43,281 bases of DNA from assembly GCF_004010195.1 (NCBI RefSeq), contig NC_057719.1, positions 23,501,217 through 23,544,497 of the forward strand, written 5' to 3'. The position numbers and the translations under genes were made by a program. The DNA comes from Chiloscyllium plagiosum. Lineage: Eukaryota. Positions 10,051 to 22,074 of this stretch are shown one piece after another. The number at the start of each line of letters is the position of its first letter. Within the stretch, counting starts at the first letter, position 1. Under the pieces are notes generated by a model. It did not search any database. It had not been told where the DNA came from and saw only the letters and a program-made list of their open reading frames with translations.

Positions 10051-11927
10051 TTAGGAATAGTTATACAGTCAGAAATCTGTGATTGTGAACAAGTATCCTC
10101 ATGATGAAACAGTTTGTAGATTTCCTTCTACTTCCAGAGCCACATGGCCATGAAGATCCGGATAATATTTTCAGATATTACAGGACGTGGTGTTCTGGTT
10201 GGGTAGTTTACCATTACCAACCCTCCTTTCTTTACTCATTTAAAATTAACCAAATAAGTCAAGAGAGCCGTGGCTGGGACACAGAAACAAAAAGCAAACA
10301 GTCAACCGAAACTGACAGAACCGGAATAGAAATTTACTAAAATTAAATTGCAATATCACTATGGAGGTGAAGATGCACCCCTATGCTGAATATGGGGCCT
10401 GTCTAATTATTGGTGGTAAAGGACAGGCCATTGATGAGTCTAAACAGAAAAACCAATTGTCTCACATTAGGTAGCTTTATTCATGGTAGCAGCAAGTACA
10501 GTTTGCATTACTGGCCAGGCATTATTCCTAAGAATTTTCTGGAGGTGTAATAATATCTGATACCGTTGGATACTCATGCAAAACACAGTTGCCTCCATCC
10601 AAAGATACCACTTATGGGATTGGGTAGCAGTTACTGCAACACTAAGTCTCTTAGAGACATTATCATATACAACTGAAGATCTTCAACTCTCGAGTGAGAG
10701 CCCATGTGGAATGGTGGCAAAGAAAGGTATAGTCATGCAAGGAGGAAAAGAACCACCTTTGAGTCAAGCTGGGCCAATAAATAAATAGCCAATTATTTTA
10801 GGACCTATTTTCAGATGGAAAGCCGATGATGTTCTTTGAGCATATGGTTAAATAGAAGGTTTAAGGCTAGATGGAAATACCTCAGTGCTCACTGGTGAGT
10901 GATGGTGAACTGCTGGCACCTCTCACAATTCCAAAGGAACTTGCCCAGTGACTTGGATGCAATTTTATGTTGCTGTCTCATTGATAGTAAGGGCCAATAG
11001 TAAGAATCATTGAGATGTTATTAAGCTGACTAATGAATAAGCATAAACTAACAGGCCCAGAAGAGTACAATTTTGTGGTCAATTAATCTAAAAATAAACA
11101 CCCATTACACTGTAGCATCTGATTCCCATGAAGCACTGATCTGCTCTTTGTAATGCTAATTCCATCATATTCAAAGACGTTCCATGGCACAAATCACTTG
11201 ACTTACATTATTATGTTGCAAATTGCAGAAACAATGTGTGAATGCATGCTTTCAAATTAACAGCAGTTGAGCAGTTAGTATCAAAAATCTGAAAAGATAG
11301 ATTGAACACCGTGAGCTTAGCATATAAATAATACAAAATTTGGGAGACAGAACATAAACTTTAAGAAAAAATTATCTCTGTTTCATTTTGCTGAGGCATT
11401 TTTAAAAATGCTGTTTTGCTTTCCATAATGTTAAGAATTATATATCTGAAGGGCAAAGAAATGATTGATGGGGGTAGATTTCCATCTGCACAACTAAGTG
11501 CAGTGTAATGCTGAAACAGACATTAGAGAGGATAATGTAATGAGTAAGATTGCACTCTCATGGCAAAGCTTGCTCAATTTTGTGACCATTTAATCAAATC
11601 AAAGGGAAATCTTACAGGCATTATTATAGAATTATGGTTCTTGCTTTCTATTTGTGCATTATTCCAGTGCAATACAGATTCAAAATGTGACTCCCCTCTA
11701 ACTTTACCTAAGTGATGTGTGCAGGTGAAACACTTTTTTTATACCCAATCTAATTTAACTCCCTGTTGAAGTGACAGCACCATAGATTCAGCAGAGCTGC
11801 AAAATTAACACACATCCCACTCCTGTCATATTCAGGTCAGGCAGGTTAGGTTAAAATTACCTTTATAATTGCTTGATTCTGCAAAAGGTACATATGTCAT
11901 TATTTTTGAAAGTAGCTGTAAGCTTCC

Positions 11928-12892
11928 TCCTTCAGCATGCATTGCATTCAAAAGGAAACATCCCTTCCTAGATATTCAGAGGTATATAAGACAAAAGACA
12001 AAAATACTCTTTGAAGAAGGAATACTGTGAGTTCAATTTTATGCTCCCTTTAATGACACGGACAATGTTTGGAAAGTATGATAAGAATAGAAAAATCAAA
12101 ATCTCGAAGTCAAGAAAAAAAATTCCAAGTTCATAATTAAGTTTGTAAATGTGTTTAGAGCTATCAAATAAAGAAACGACACTTTCTCATTCTGTTGTAT
12201 TGTCTGATGTGCTGAATGTTCCCTTTGCCAGCTTTACAAAGTTACTGAAATCAGGCATAAAAGCCTTCATCTTCTTCATCTGCGGCACACAGCATGCAGT
12301 GGTTGCATTAAAAATTCTAACTGCTGAGAGCAAAGTACTTCATTCTAACAGAGAGGAAACATGGAGGTACCCACCAAAATAAGACTTTGGTGTTGATGAG
12401 TTTTTAAAAATTTTGCCTGCAGCATGTAGTGTGCACCCTGTAGATGCATACGTCTTCTTGTGATGAAAAATTCATACATTTAAATACTAAATATACTGCC
12501 ACCACCATTTATAACTGCTACCATATTTCATTGGAGAGCAAAAAATGCAAATAGTGTGATTTTAGACACAGTGTGAAGAACTTATTTTTGTCAAGTCAAA
12601 AGAAACTGCTTAAAACCAGAAGTTCTTCTGTTTACAATGGTGCTCCTTACAAAGGTTTTTTCCTTCAGCTTCCATTGCATTCACATGGAAACATTCCTTC
12701 CCAGATATTCAGGGAAATACAAGACAAAATACAAAAATATTCCTAAATGAGGGAATACTCAGTTGAGTTTTTTCCTCCCTTTAGTGGTGCAGACAATGTT
12801 TGGAAAATATGACAAGAAAAGAAAAATTAGAATCTACATGTCGAGAAAAACATTCCAAGTTCATAATTAAGGTTTTAACAGTGAGTTTAGAG
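11928..12892 (+). repeat. Diverged direct duplication, ~230 bp copies at 11928-12160 and 12661-12892
   Basis: Colinear shared blocks (attgcattca, agatattcag, aagacaaaa, ggaatact, gacaatgtttggaaa, attccaagttcataattaag) offset by about 733 bp, roughly 75% identical by eye. Confidence 0.9.
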
Positions 12893-14562
12893 TCTCACTA
12901 ATGAGCATTGATTAAGCTTGTTTCCATATATTTGCAATTCAATATCAGTCTACCCCCATCTCATTTCTTTGCACTTCTCTGATCTCTCCCTCCCTGGGAA
13001 ACTAATGGTACCAGTTTCCAAAATGAAACTGACAGCAATTACCTGGTGATAACAGCTTGCGTCCCTAGACTGTGTGTCTTCACCACAAAGTCCCTGCAAG
13101 CTCCACAAACATTGTCTCAACATGGGATCATCAACAAATCACCAGCTTCACCACATTGACATGGCTGCTCTCTGAATAACTCACAAACCATTTCAGCCCT
13201 CCAGGATTCTACCTTAAAGCTCAGGGACACCCAGTTTTGCATACTTCTGCAAGTTGCTTTATACAAGGAGTGACAAATCCATCTTTCTGTGCACTCGCTT
13301 TGCACTTACTTGGTACTTCTCAGCCTCTCGGCCAGACTTGCTTTTCAAAGCATAGGGAGAGGCCAGTAGCTTATCACAGTCCAGAGCACTGGACAGTCAA
13401 AGGGAAGTCATGTTGCTGAATGACACCATGCCACATCAATGTCACATCTGCAGAATGTGCCAGCAACTTACACAACAAACCCACTGCATGTGTATAAATT
13501 AAATGATCGCTGTTAAAAGTGAAATGGAAATCAGTCTTTAGTGGGAAGAAGTGGTCGATAATCAATCAGAGGTAATGCAATAATCCATCATGAGGCTCGT
13601 CTGATTCCAGTCCAGGGATTCTGACCTGGGCAGTCCTACAGGACTATTGTCACCAGTGCAAGGATTACATCTATGTCAGTTGGAGTGCAGTGGAGACATC
13701 AAACCAGGATATGGGCAGATATTTCCAGCAATGAGTCAAAGGGAGGGACTGAGTACAATGCCAGTGGATGAATTAGCATCAAGTGGTGATGCAGGAGACA
13801 TGGTGAAGTGTGTCCAGTGCAGAAGGCAGGAAGTGTGAATAGTTTGGTGGGCTAAGGTAGCTAAGAGCCATTGAATGGACAGCTGGTACCAAATGTTGCA
13901 AAGTCCCAGCAGCAGCAAGCACTTTTGTATCTCCTGCCGTACAATTCTATGAGATAGGTATCACAGAAGCCAGGTACACAATTAATGAGATGAAGAGCAG
14001 AAGATTCTTTAGGAAAATCTGACCAAAGCCATGGGCAGACTGCCAGCCATAACTGCTCTGCCATTCAATGAAATCATGGCTGATCTGATAATCCTCAACT
14101 CCACTTTCCTGCCCTTTCCCCATATACCTTGATTCACTTACTGATTAGAAATCTGTCCCCCTCAGCCTTGAATATAATTATTGGCCCAACCTTAACCAAC
14201 CTCGGCAATAAAGAATTCCACAGATTCATTACCATCTGAGAGAAGAAATTCCTCCTTATCTCTGTCTTAAATGGGTGACCCCATATTATGATATTATTGT
14301 GCTCTGATTCTAGACTCTTTCACAAGTGGCAACAACCATTCTGGATCTACCCTGTCAAGTCCCTCAGAATCTCATGTTTAAATACGGTCTTCTCTCATTC
14401 TTCTAAACTCAAATGAGAACAGGTCCAATGAATTTAACCTGTCTCCCTATACCTGCTATCAACCTAGTGGACCTGTTCTGAACTGTCTCCAGTGCCAGCA
14501 TGTCTTTCCTTTGATAAGAGGCACAATACTATTCACAGAATTCCTGTTGTGGTCTCATCAGT

Positions 14563-14801
14563 TTCTAGATTAGAGTGGTGCTGGAAAAGCACAGCAGTTC
14601 AGGTAGCTTCCGAGGAGCGACAAAATCGACATTTCAGGCAAAAGCCCTTCATCAGGAATACAGCTGTATTCCTGATGAAGGGCATTTGCCCGAAACGTCG
14701 ATTTTGTTGCTCCTTGGATGCTGCCCGAACTGCTGTGCTTTTCCAGCACCACTCTAATCTAGAATCTAGTTTCCAGCATCTGCAGTCATTATTTTCATCC
14801 C
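14563..14801 (+). mobile_element. Spacer-less palindromic Penelope-like element with 14 bp TSD
   Basis: 101 bp arms centred on cag|ctg at 14663/14664. Tail 14765-14801. TSD gtggtctcatcagt at 14549-14562 and 14802-14815. Confidence 0.9.
14670..14701 (+). ncRNA. Minimal hammerhead ribozyme motif with intact core (predicted)
   Basis: TC | CTGATGA (14672-14678) A | GGGC attt GCCC | GAAA C-G TC | GA. GUC triplet ends at 14699. Helix I is only 2 bp locally. Confidence 0.6.
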
Positions 14802-14829
14802 GTGGTCTCATCAGTGTCTTGTATATGGA

Positions 14830-15167
14830 ATCCCTACAGTGTGGAAATAGGCCATTTGGCCCAATAAGTCCACACCGACTCTCCATAGAGTATCTCACCC
14901 AGATCCATTCCCCTTGCCCTATTCCTCTACATTTCCCCTGACTAACGCACTTAGCCTACACATCCCTGAACACTGTGGACAATTTAGCACAGCCAATTAA
15001 CCTAACCTGCATAGAATTGTGGGAGGAAACTGGAGCACCCAGAGGAAACCCATGCAGACACAGGGATAATGTGCAAACTGCACACAGACAGTCGCCTGAG
15101 GCTGGAATCGAACCCGGGTCCCTGGTGCTGTGAGGCAGCAATGCTAACCACTGAGCCAAAGTGTCCC
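14830..15167 (-). mobile_element. HE1-type tRNA-derived V-SINE
   Basis: The reverse complement reads tggctcagtggttagcattgctgcctcacagcaccagggacccgggttcgattcc (A/B boxes), followed by the V-domain gtttgcacatt..gggtttcctctgggtgctcc. Confidence 0.92.
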
Positions 15168-15494
15168 GTGTAATGACTTTGCATTAGATTCTGTTGTACT
15201 CTGAGCTCAAGATTTAACAAAACCTCCAATTTTTATATTCTATTCCATTTGCCTTCCCTATTACACACTGAACTCGGATGCTCACATTTTGTGATCATGG
15301 ACAAGGACTCCCAAATCCCTCTGCGCTGCATCCATGAATCTTATTTGAGCATTTTGAGAAAAAAAATGGAAAATTCAGCTGATGTGCTTGGCCTTAGTTG
15401 GGCCAATATGGCTCCCATATATTGAGTAAGTTTAAGCACGGCATTGGTTTCCTACTTTTTGCAACATTTGTGCCATTCCAAAATGTTTCATAGT

Positions 15495-15740
15495 AAATGA
15501 AATATCCTGAAAGTGTTGTCACATTATTGTGGTGCAGCAAAACATGGCAAACAATTTTCACCCAGCTGCGCAGTAAATACCAGGTAATCTTTTGTGGAAT
15601 TGTTGTCTCAGAAATGAATGTTGGCCGGAGATACTGGAGTTCCTGCCCTTCGAATGCTGGAATAGGATCTGTGACATCCAGCAGAGTGGTAGATGGGACC
15701 TTGCTTGCACATCCAACAGTACAGCACTTCACTGAGACAT
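15495..15740 (-). mobile_element. Deu-domain SINE remnant (SacSINE1/AmnSINE-like)
   Basis: Degenerate similarity to the clearer copy at 38150-38420. Confidence 0.5.
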
Positions 15741-16819
15741 CAAGTTATATTATGTCCTTAATTGTTGCTTTTGTGCTCGGAGAACAGCAGAATTTAATGG
15801 TAAGTCATTACTGTTGGTCTTCCTGTTCTGCAGCTCTTTGCTCTATTGAGATACTTGTGAACAAACATCAATTACACATGTCTACATGCTAAAACTTGTA
15901 ATTCACTTTTTATGATTTACTTCTGTGATGTTTCTTCGAGACTTCATAAAGTGTTATATAACTGTAAATATCAATTTCTTTAAAAGACAGGATCACCCCA
16001 TCTTCTTTACTCTTCCAGTTAATGGATAGAGAATGACCAGCAAGCAAGAGTTGAATTGTTATTCGTCTTTTGCCTTGTGTTGAATATGACTGCGATCAAA
16101 TGTCGGTCCGGCAGCTTATAAGGTTTCCAGTCAGCTTTCCTAAACCTAATCAGTGACATAGCTTAAGCTACAAGTTCAATAACAGCACAAATAAAATAAA
16201 GTAATGAGGTAAACTATATGACACTGAGCACAATCAACACTAAAACCCAATCACACACTGTCTGTCCTAAAGTCGGCAATGAAATAAAGAACTTAAGTTC
16301 AATTTTCAGCTCAGAAACGTTAAAGAAACAGTAGCCAAGAAAATGAATCACCTGATTTATCAGCATTTGTCAGCAGATGAAGCTAAGTCAGGCCCGTATT
16401 CCACAATAGCAGTCGCTAAGGAACATCATGTTACGGACCTTTCACATTCAGAGACACGAATAAGATTACTCTGTTGCTGCCTTCAACAGAGAAGGAAAAG
16501 GAAGAGAGGTGTCAAGAAGGCACATCTCTTCTTTACGCAACCTCCATTAGGCATCAAATGGATGATTCACAACTGAATCTATAAACCGGGTAACTACCAT
16601 TGGCACATTCAGATAAAGTAGTTCTCTCTGGCTTGCAGGGATAGTGCCAGAATGTTAGTGTTTTAAAGTATTCAGTAGGATTCAGTGTCCAATTTGGGGT
16701 ATGTAAGTAGTAAGTAAGCATTTAGAAGTCCATTTCATTAGTAAGCTCCATTTGCAAAAAAGACTGATACTTTGTTGAAGGGTCGTAATTCTAATTTCTT
16801 CTTTTAAGATAATCCTTAA

Positions 16820-16940
16820 AATCAACCGCCTTTCCATCTTAATATTTCTTTCTGTGTCTCAATGCCAAATTTTGTCTGATGAGCCTCTTTGAAATTGCCT
16901 TAGATGGTTTAACTCCATTAAAGGAACTAGTTAAATAAAT
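16820..16940 (+). mobile_element. L2-like LINE 3' end remnant
   Basis: tgtctgatgagcctctttgaaattgccttagatggttttaactccattaaaggaactag resembles the L2/Deu-SINE 3' tail (recalled consensus). Confidence 0.4.
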
Positions 16941-18239
16941 AATGTGGGTTGTTATTGAGTATAACAGGTAGGTGGACTTTCTGTTAAAATGTACTGGTTT
17001 GTCCAATGCAATTTGCCTAGAATTGGCAAAAAGCATACAAAAGATTGCAGAATTGTAAGCAAAAGTTACATTCAGCAAAGTGTATCACCATCTTTGCACT
17101 AATTTAGAAACAATTATACTCAAGGCCAGTCCCACTGACAAAATCACACTTGCTCCAATCAGAATCAATCACCTTTTGGAGTCTTCACTCAATGCACTCA
17201 TTTGCAGGCTAAGCTTATTCAGAAGGGTATAACAGCATGACCCAGTGATTTAAAGGATTTCAAAAGTCTTTTATTTTAGCATACTAAGAAACTAACTATT
17301 GTACCTCAGAGTGACTAACAAGGTATCTGTATATTTTATTAACTCATTTCTATAATATAGGGCTGAATTTTACTATATCTTACCAAGGTGTTAGTTCAGT
17401 GAGATTCATGGTCTGCAGCAGCCCATGTTGACTTTTCTCATGCAGTCGTTTGCTCTTCAGCTCATTCATAATACAACTGGCCCCTTCGGTGCCTGGCTCA
17501 TGCAATCATCCAACAGGAGATGTTGAAAAGCTAAATCCTGCTGAGACTCTGTGATGCGTACATCCTTAATGCTATGTCTCTGTAGTACTTCATGCGTTGC
17601 AAGCCATGACCTGCTCTTCATAGTGTGACATTCAACTGTCATTACTGAGGGACATGGCACAGAAAGGGAAATGAACCCCTTTCTTTATCAACAGGAATCC
17701 AGAGGCACTGGTGGCTGCAGATGGTGGAAAGAAAGGTGTCTCAGGATAGGTCTTAATAAATTGTCTATAATGAGAAAGTCACTGGACAACACTTGGATCA
17801 AATATATTGCTTGATGTTTTAAGAGCCGTCTAACACCAGCACCATATGATGTTACTGCCTGTCTTGATGATTGCTGCTTTCTTCTGAATGGACCCATAAA
17901 ATGCAAATACCTTAAGGCAAATATTTGAAGAGACAAAGCATACAATGATATAGAAATAATTTATTCAGCAACAAGAAATTACAAAGAGTGCGGAAATTAC
18001 CAGGTCCATAAGCACTGTGGACTGACCAAGGGCTATTTGTTATATAATCAACAGCAGGTTACACAATGAAAGGAAGTCCAAACCCAGGGGGCTTATTCAT
18101 CCTGCAACTGGGCTCAGGGAGGTCCCTTCTGGCCTCTTGCACTCAACAGACCTCACTTTTATGATGGTTTCCTGGATGTTCCTTTCAGGCAATGCCCTAA
18201 TCCTGGACATCCTTACTTTTTCTTCTCTAGTTGGGAACA

Positions 18240-18840
18240 GCATAGCACATCCTTTCTGGGCCATAGAGCAAAGCCGCACCAAACCAGTCATGGAATCAAA
18301 TATTTGTCCCCATGAAATCATGGTCTATTCTATCATGACCCTGACAGAAACATGAGCAGCATTGTAACTCTGCTCTGCTTCAATCAGAGCTTCATAAATA
18401 TGTCATGAGTCATGTTAGCAAGGAGTAACTTTCATATCCCAGCAACCATCTCTGTATGGCCCAAAGACCTTGGAAGGAGATGGGAATATGTGATATGTTA
18501 CAGTCATGACACTCTCCTGGTATCTAAAGCATATCTCCAAAATTTGGCATCGAAGGCCACTCAAAATGTGATTATTGATGGAGTGGAAGACTTTTCTGAT
18601 GATAAACTCTTGAGGTTGTTCATAAGGCACTCAAAGTAAAGTGGGTGTTGGCTATAGTATTCCACAGCTGGTGAGTGCCAGCAATGGTGGGAAATCCTAC
18701 TGACTGTGAAGTTTGAATAGCAGCAGTTACATCCCAAATGCATTTACGGCGGGGGTGGGGTGAGGCAGGTGGAGGATTGGGAGACTTCACACAGATCCAC
18801 AGTTGCCCCTTGGAGCCAATAATCTGTGCAGAATGTCAGA
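18240..18840 (-). pseudogene. PIF/Harbinger (HARBI1-like) DDE transposase remnant
   Basis: Colinear minus-strand peptides: LTFCTDYWLQGATVDLCEVSQSS (cf. FFATGSFQ..GD..GISQSS), VGFPTIAG..NTIANTH (cf. GF..IAGFP.V.G.IDCTH), EFIIRKVFHSIN..QILEICFRYQES (cf. YVNRKGFHSINVQ..RYPGS.HD), WLLGYESY (cf. WLLGD.GY), DWFGAALLYGPER (cf. DRSGG.LQY.PE). Frameshifted, with catalytic residues degraded. Confidence 0.8.
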
Positions 18841-19827
18841 AATAGAATCAATAATAGTAACCAATAACAGTAATCACTGGCCTTAACATCAATCATTATG
18901 AGAAGCAACATTATGACCCAGTATGTTATGGAAGATTCACAAGGAGGGCAATCTCAGGCCTTCATATGGAGCTCTAAAGTATGTAATCTTATTTAGATAT
19001 ATGTTGCAAAATCTGTAACTTATTCTGCTTACTCTGAATGTAGTGGCCACTATTTTTTCTTGTTATTGCACAGTTGAATTGTTACAAAGATTACAAGATT
19101 TCAGCTGAACATCCTAATCTATGAGTTACAAACACCACCTGGAATGAACAATGATCACTGTCCTTCATGTTCCCATTTGTGTCACTGTCCCTGTGTTTCC
19201 AATGACCTTTCTACCTCCTTGCCCTGCCATTTCCATTCGGCCCTTTTATATTACTGTTAATGTTCCCAATTCGCCCCTGAGCCTTTGACTTTGCAAATTG
19301 TGGGCCAGACACTTTATACTCTCCTCTTGTTCATGCCATGGTGACTGCGACTTATGGAAAAGCCCTTGACCCCACCCCACATCTGCTTCCCCCTCCTATG
19401 CTCTAAGAAATCGTTTCACTATCATCGTTCACTCAATGACCCAGTCTAATGGAACACCAATCCAGATTTCAGCTTCCCACTTTCCCCAGAACGCACCAAC
19501 CATTAATACTCAAATCCCCAGTACTGCCAATGGCCCATCCTCTGGACTGACCTGGCAACTGAGGAGAGCCCAATCCACAGACAGGTGTGTCTACAGTACT
19601 CTGCCTGATGGACCTGTGATTGTCAGATTAGTTACACCTGATCCGAAGGGCTTACTGTGACCAATTCCACAGAGGCAAGGACTCTGATCCCTAGATTCTG
19701 GACCAGACTAAAATTGGGCAAACATCTTCATTGACGATAATGGCACTTCCAAACTGACCATTGGTCTCTTACATTCTACTCTGGACTACTCTCCTTTGAC
19801 TTCAAGATGTGGTTGTTTATTTGCTTG

Positions 19828-20035
19828 GGAGTTGGTTAGCTCAGGTAACTGGACAGCTGGTTTGTCATGCAGAGTGATGTCATCTGCCTAGGCTCAATTC
19901 CCACACCATGAAGGCCCCACCTTTTCAGTCTTGCCCCTCTCCTGAGGTGTGGTAAGCCTCATGGCAAACTCACCACCAATCATCTCTCTCTATAATAAGA
20001 TAGCAGTACTATGGTCCTCTGTGACCAAGGCATCA
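19828..20035 (+). mobile_element. tRNA-derived SINE, decayed
   Basis: Head gttggttagctcagg..ggctcaattccc and body cctgaggtgtggt..ctctctc. A reverse-complement relative lies at 28220-28402. Confidence 0.65.
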
Positions 20036-20301
20036 TTAGTTGGTTGATGCACATGCAGTGTGCTTGCTGTAGAAGCTGCTGGTACATGTTTTAGGTGTGA
20101 CATTGACCTGGCACACTGCTGTGTAAATTGGTAACAAACAGCCTGCCTCTTTACCTGTGCTAAATAACAACACCAGCCACAAAGCCTGTAAGTTAGAGCA
20201 GAAGAGCCGATAGACTAAAAAGCAATGCAAACCAAAGATGCTGGTGACCTCCGAGTCAGTGCAAGGTGAGTGAGTGCCAGGACATTAAGCCAAGAGTCAT
20301 A

Positions 20302-20496
20302 AGATTCTGGATTAGTAGTGCTGGAAAAGCACAGCAGTTCAGGTAGCATCCGAGGAGCAGTAAAATCGACGCCTTGAAGGAGTCCCTCTCCCACTGCAAC
20401 TCTCAGGTCATTTCCTCTGCCCTGAAGATGCTGTGCTTTTCCAGCACCACTAATCCAGAATCTGGTTTCCAGCATCAGCAGTCATTGTTTTTACCT
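20302..20496 (+). mobile_element. Inverted Penelope-like element with 13 bp TSD (same family as 14563-14801)
   Basis: Left arm 20302-20371, right arm ~20429-20463, ~57 bp spacer, tail 20464-20496. TSD aagagtcataaga at 20292-20304 and 20497-20509. Confidence 0.85.
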
Positions 20497-20959
20497 AAGA
20501 GTCATAAGAATGTCAATGCATGCATGTCAGTGCACAAGAGACGACCCGACAGAAGCATGGAAGTCATCAGTGGTGCTGCACTCTAACGTGAAGGGCTGAA
20601 GTGGCAAGAAAGTTGCTCTGAGAGCTGGTATGATGATATGGTGAGGCTGGTGCCTACTTGCATTGTTGAAGGTAGAAGAGGATAGACCATGGAGCATTCA
20701 GAGATATGCTGATGATGGTGGATAAAAGCCCAGTGAACTGCTGCTGCTAGGGTAACCTCCTGAACTTTCATGTCAGGAAATGGCACCATCCAAGATGGCG
20801 CCAACACTAGATGACCCTTTTTGAGCTCTCCATAGCAGATCTTATTTTCACATTTCTTACAACCATTCCACACTTTTAAACCTAAATTCTAAGCCTGTAA
20901 ACTTATTAGTGATGTTCTGTTAAATCTACCTACAGGTCTGAGGCTTCCCTGCTGTTATT

Positions 20960-21154
20960 AGTTTACTGAATGGACCTCTCTAATTTGAAATCCAATTTTG
21001 ATCTTGCTGTTGTGCACCTCCTTGTATGCCTCACTCAATCTAAGCACCCTTTGATTTGTATGTCCTTGTTTGTTATGTTCTGCCTGTACTGCTCGCAAAA
21101 CAAAACTTTTCACCATACTTCAGTACATGTGATAACAATAAATCAAATCAAATC
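20960..21154 (+). mobile_element. LINE 3' end with (AAATC)n tail, Rex1/Babar-like
   Basis: tgtactgctcgcaaaacaaaacttttcacc..gtacatgtgataacaataaatcaaatcaaatca. Clade assignment is from memory. Confidence 0.55.
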
Positions 21155-21734
21155 ATTTTGTTTCTCAGAAAAAGAGAGGAAATTAGCGAACTGCAAAGAA
21201 ATTAAGTTTAAACTTTAAAGGGAAAATTGAAAAAAAATTTCCTGGCATTGGGAATCTGATTTTTTTTCATTGTCATTGTATTTTATCAGCGTTCTCATCA
21301 TTGGGTATGTCAGTCAAGACAGTGGGCAATTTGTAGCAGTATCAGATTCCTTATTTGTGACACTAGTATTAAAATGTGTTCATTACAGTGCTAATCAAAC
21401 TGAATCTAGTCACCATTCTTAAATTTACCAAGGAATATGTTTAAAGTGAGAATCTGTGTATTTCTGCCTGGATCACTGATTCTATCCCAAAGTGGAACTC
21501 AACCCCAAAATCTCCATCATTACGTTAGTAATTATCAACAGTATAGGCTTGTCAGTTGTTGGGGGGGGAGAGGCGGTGAGTCATTAACAAATTCATCATG
21601 TATATGCCAAAGAAAGCCTTGATTTTCTAGACTCCTTACACAATTACCAATGGGTAGAATAGTAACTGTTTGATGGAGCTGCAGACTATCTGAGGCCAGA
21701 CTGTGCTTTAAGAATCCTTTACAATCAACGGTTT

Positions 21735-22074
21735 TGAAATAGCTCCACAAAGACGGTATCCCGTCACTAGGTCACCCTTTATTTACATGTGCATATTACT
21801 TGATACGGGTCCAACCCTCTCAGAAGCAGTGAACAGACCCTCTGACACTCCTGTTTATACCTATTAGCCAGGGGTTTCTGATTGGACCAGATTAATAGCC
21901 CCAATCAGGGAACTCATACTCTATGAGAAACAAAAATAGAAATTGATGGAAAAACTCAGCAGGTATGGCAGCATCAGTGGCGAGAAATCACAGTTAATAT
22001 TTTGGGTCGAGTGACCCTTCGTCAGATTTGGGTTCTATGAGGTCAACCTGGCTGACTTCATTACAATCACTACA
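21735..22074 (-). mobile_element. Solo LTR with 5 bp TSD
   Basis: TG..CA termini. TSD ggttt at 21730-21734 and 22075-22079. The minus strand carries CCAAT, TATAAA (~21855) and AATAAA (~21780) in promoter-to-polyA order. Confidence 0.85.
21928..22033 (-). mobile_element. Penelope-like terminal fragment nested in the LTR, with decayed hammerhead
   Basis: TSD tctatgag at 21920-21927 and 22034-22041. The reverse complement reads CTGACGA A GGGTC actc GACCC aAAA (G12 mutated). Confidence 0.8.

Larger units (their letters stand above)
14050..15330 (-). mobile_element. Decayed CR1 LINE interrupted by a PLE (14563-14801) and an HE1 SINE
   Basis: 14060-14560 resembles window 1-490 (aattccacagattc, gtggtctcatcagtgtcttgtat). 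It resumes near 15215-15330 (aggactcccaaatccctctg). Confidence 0.8.

Noticed and set aside
13040..14040. Moderately GC-richer stretch with several short ORFs, possibly an old LINE or transposon
   Set aside because: I could not anchor any convincing motif.
16351..16480. Possible further minus-strand exon (strong pyrimidine tract near 16485-16510)
   Set aside because: Ambiguous acceptor, weak donor and no supporting reading frame.
20583..20873. Possible Myb/SANT-like Harbinger second ORF (also 30640-30981) and a YY1-like caagatggcg
   Set aside because: Similarity too weak to support by eye.
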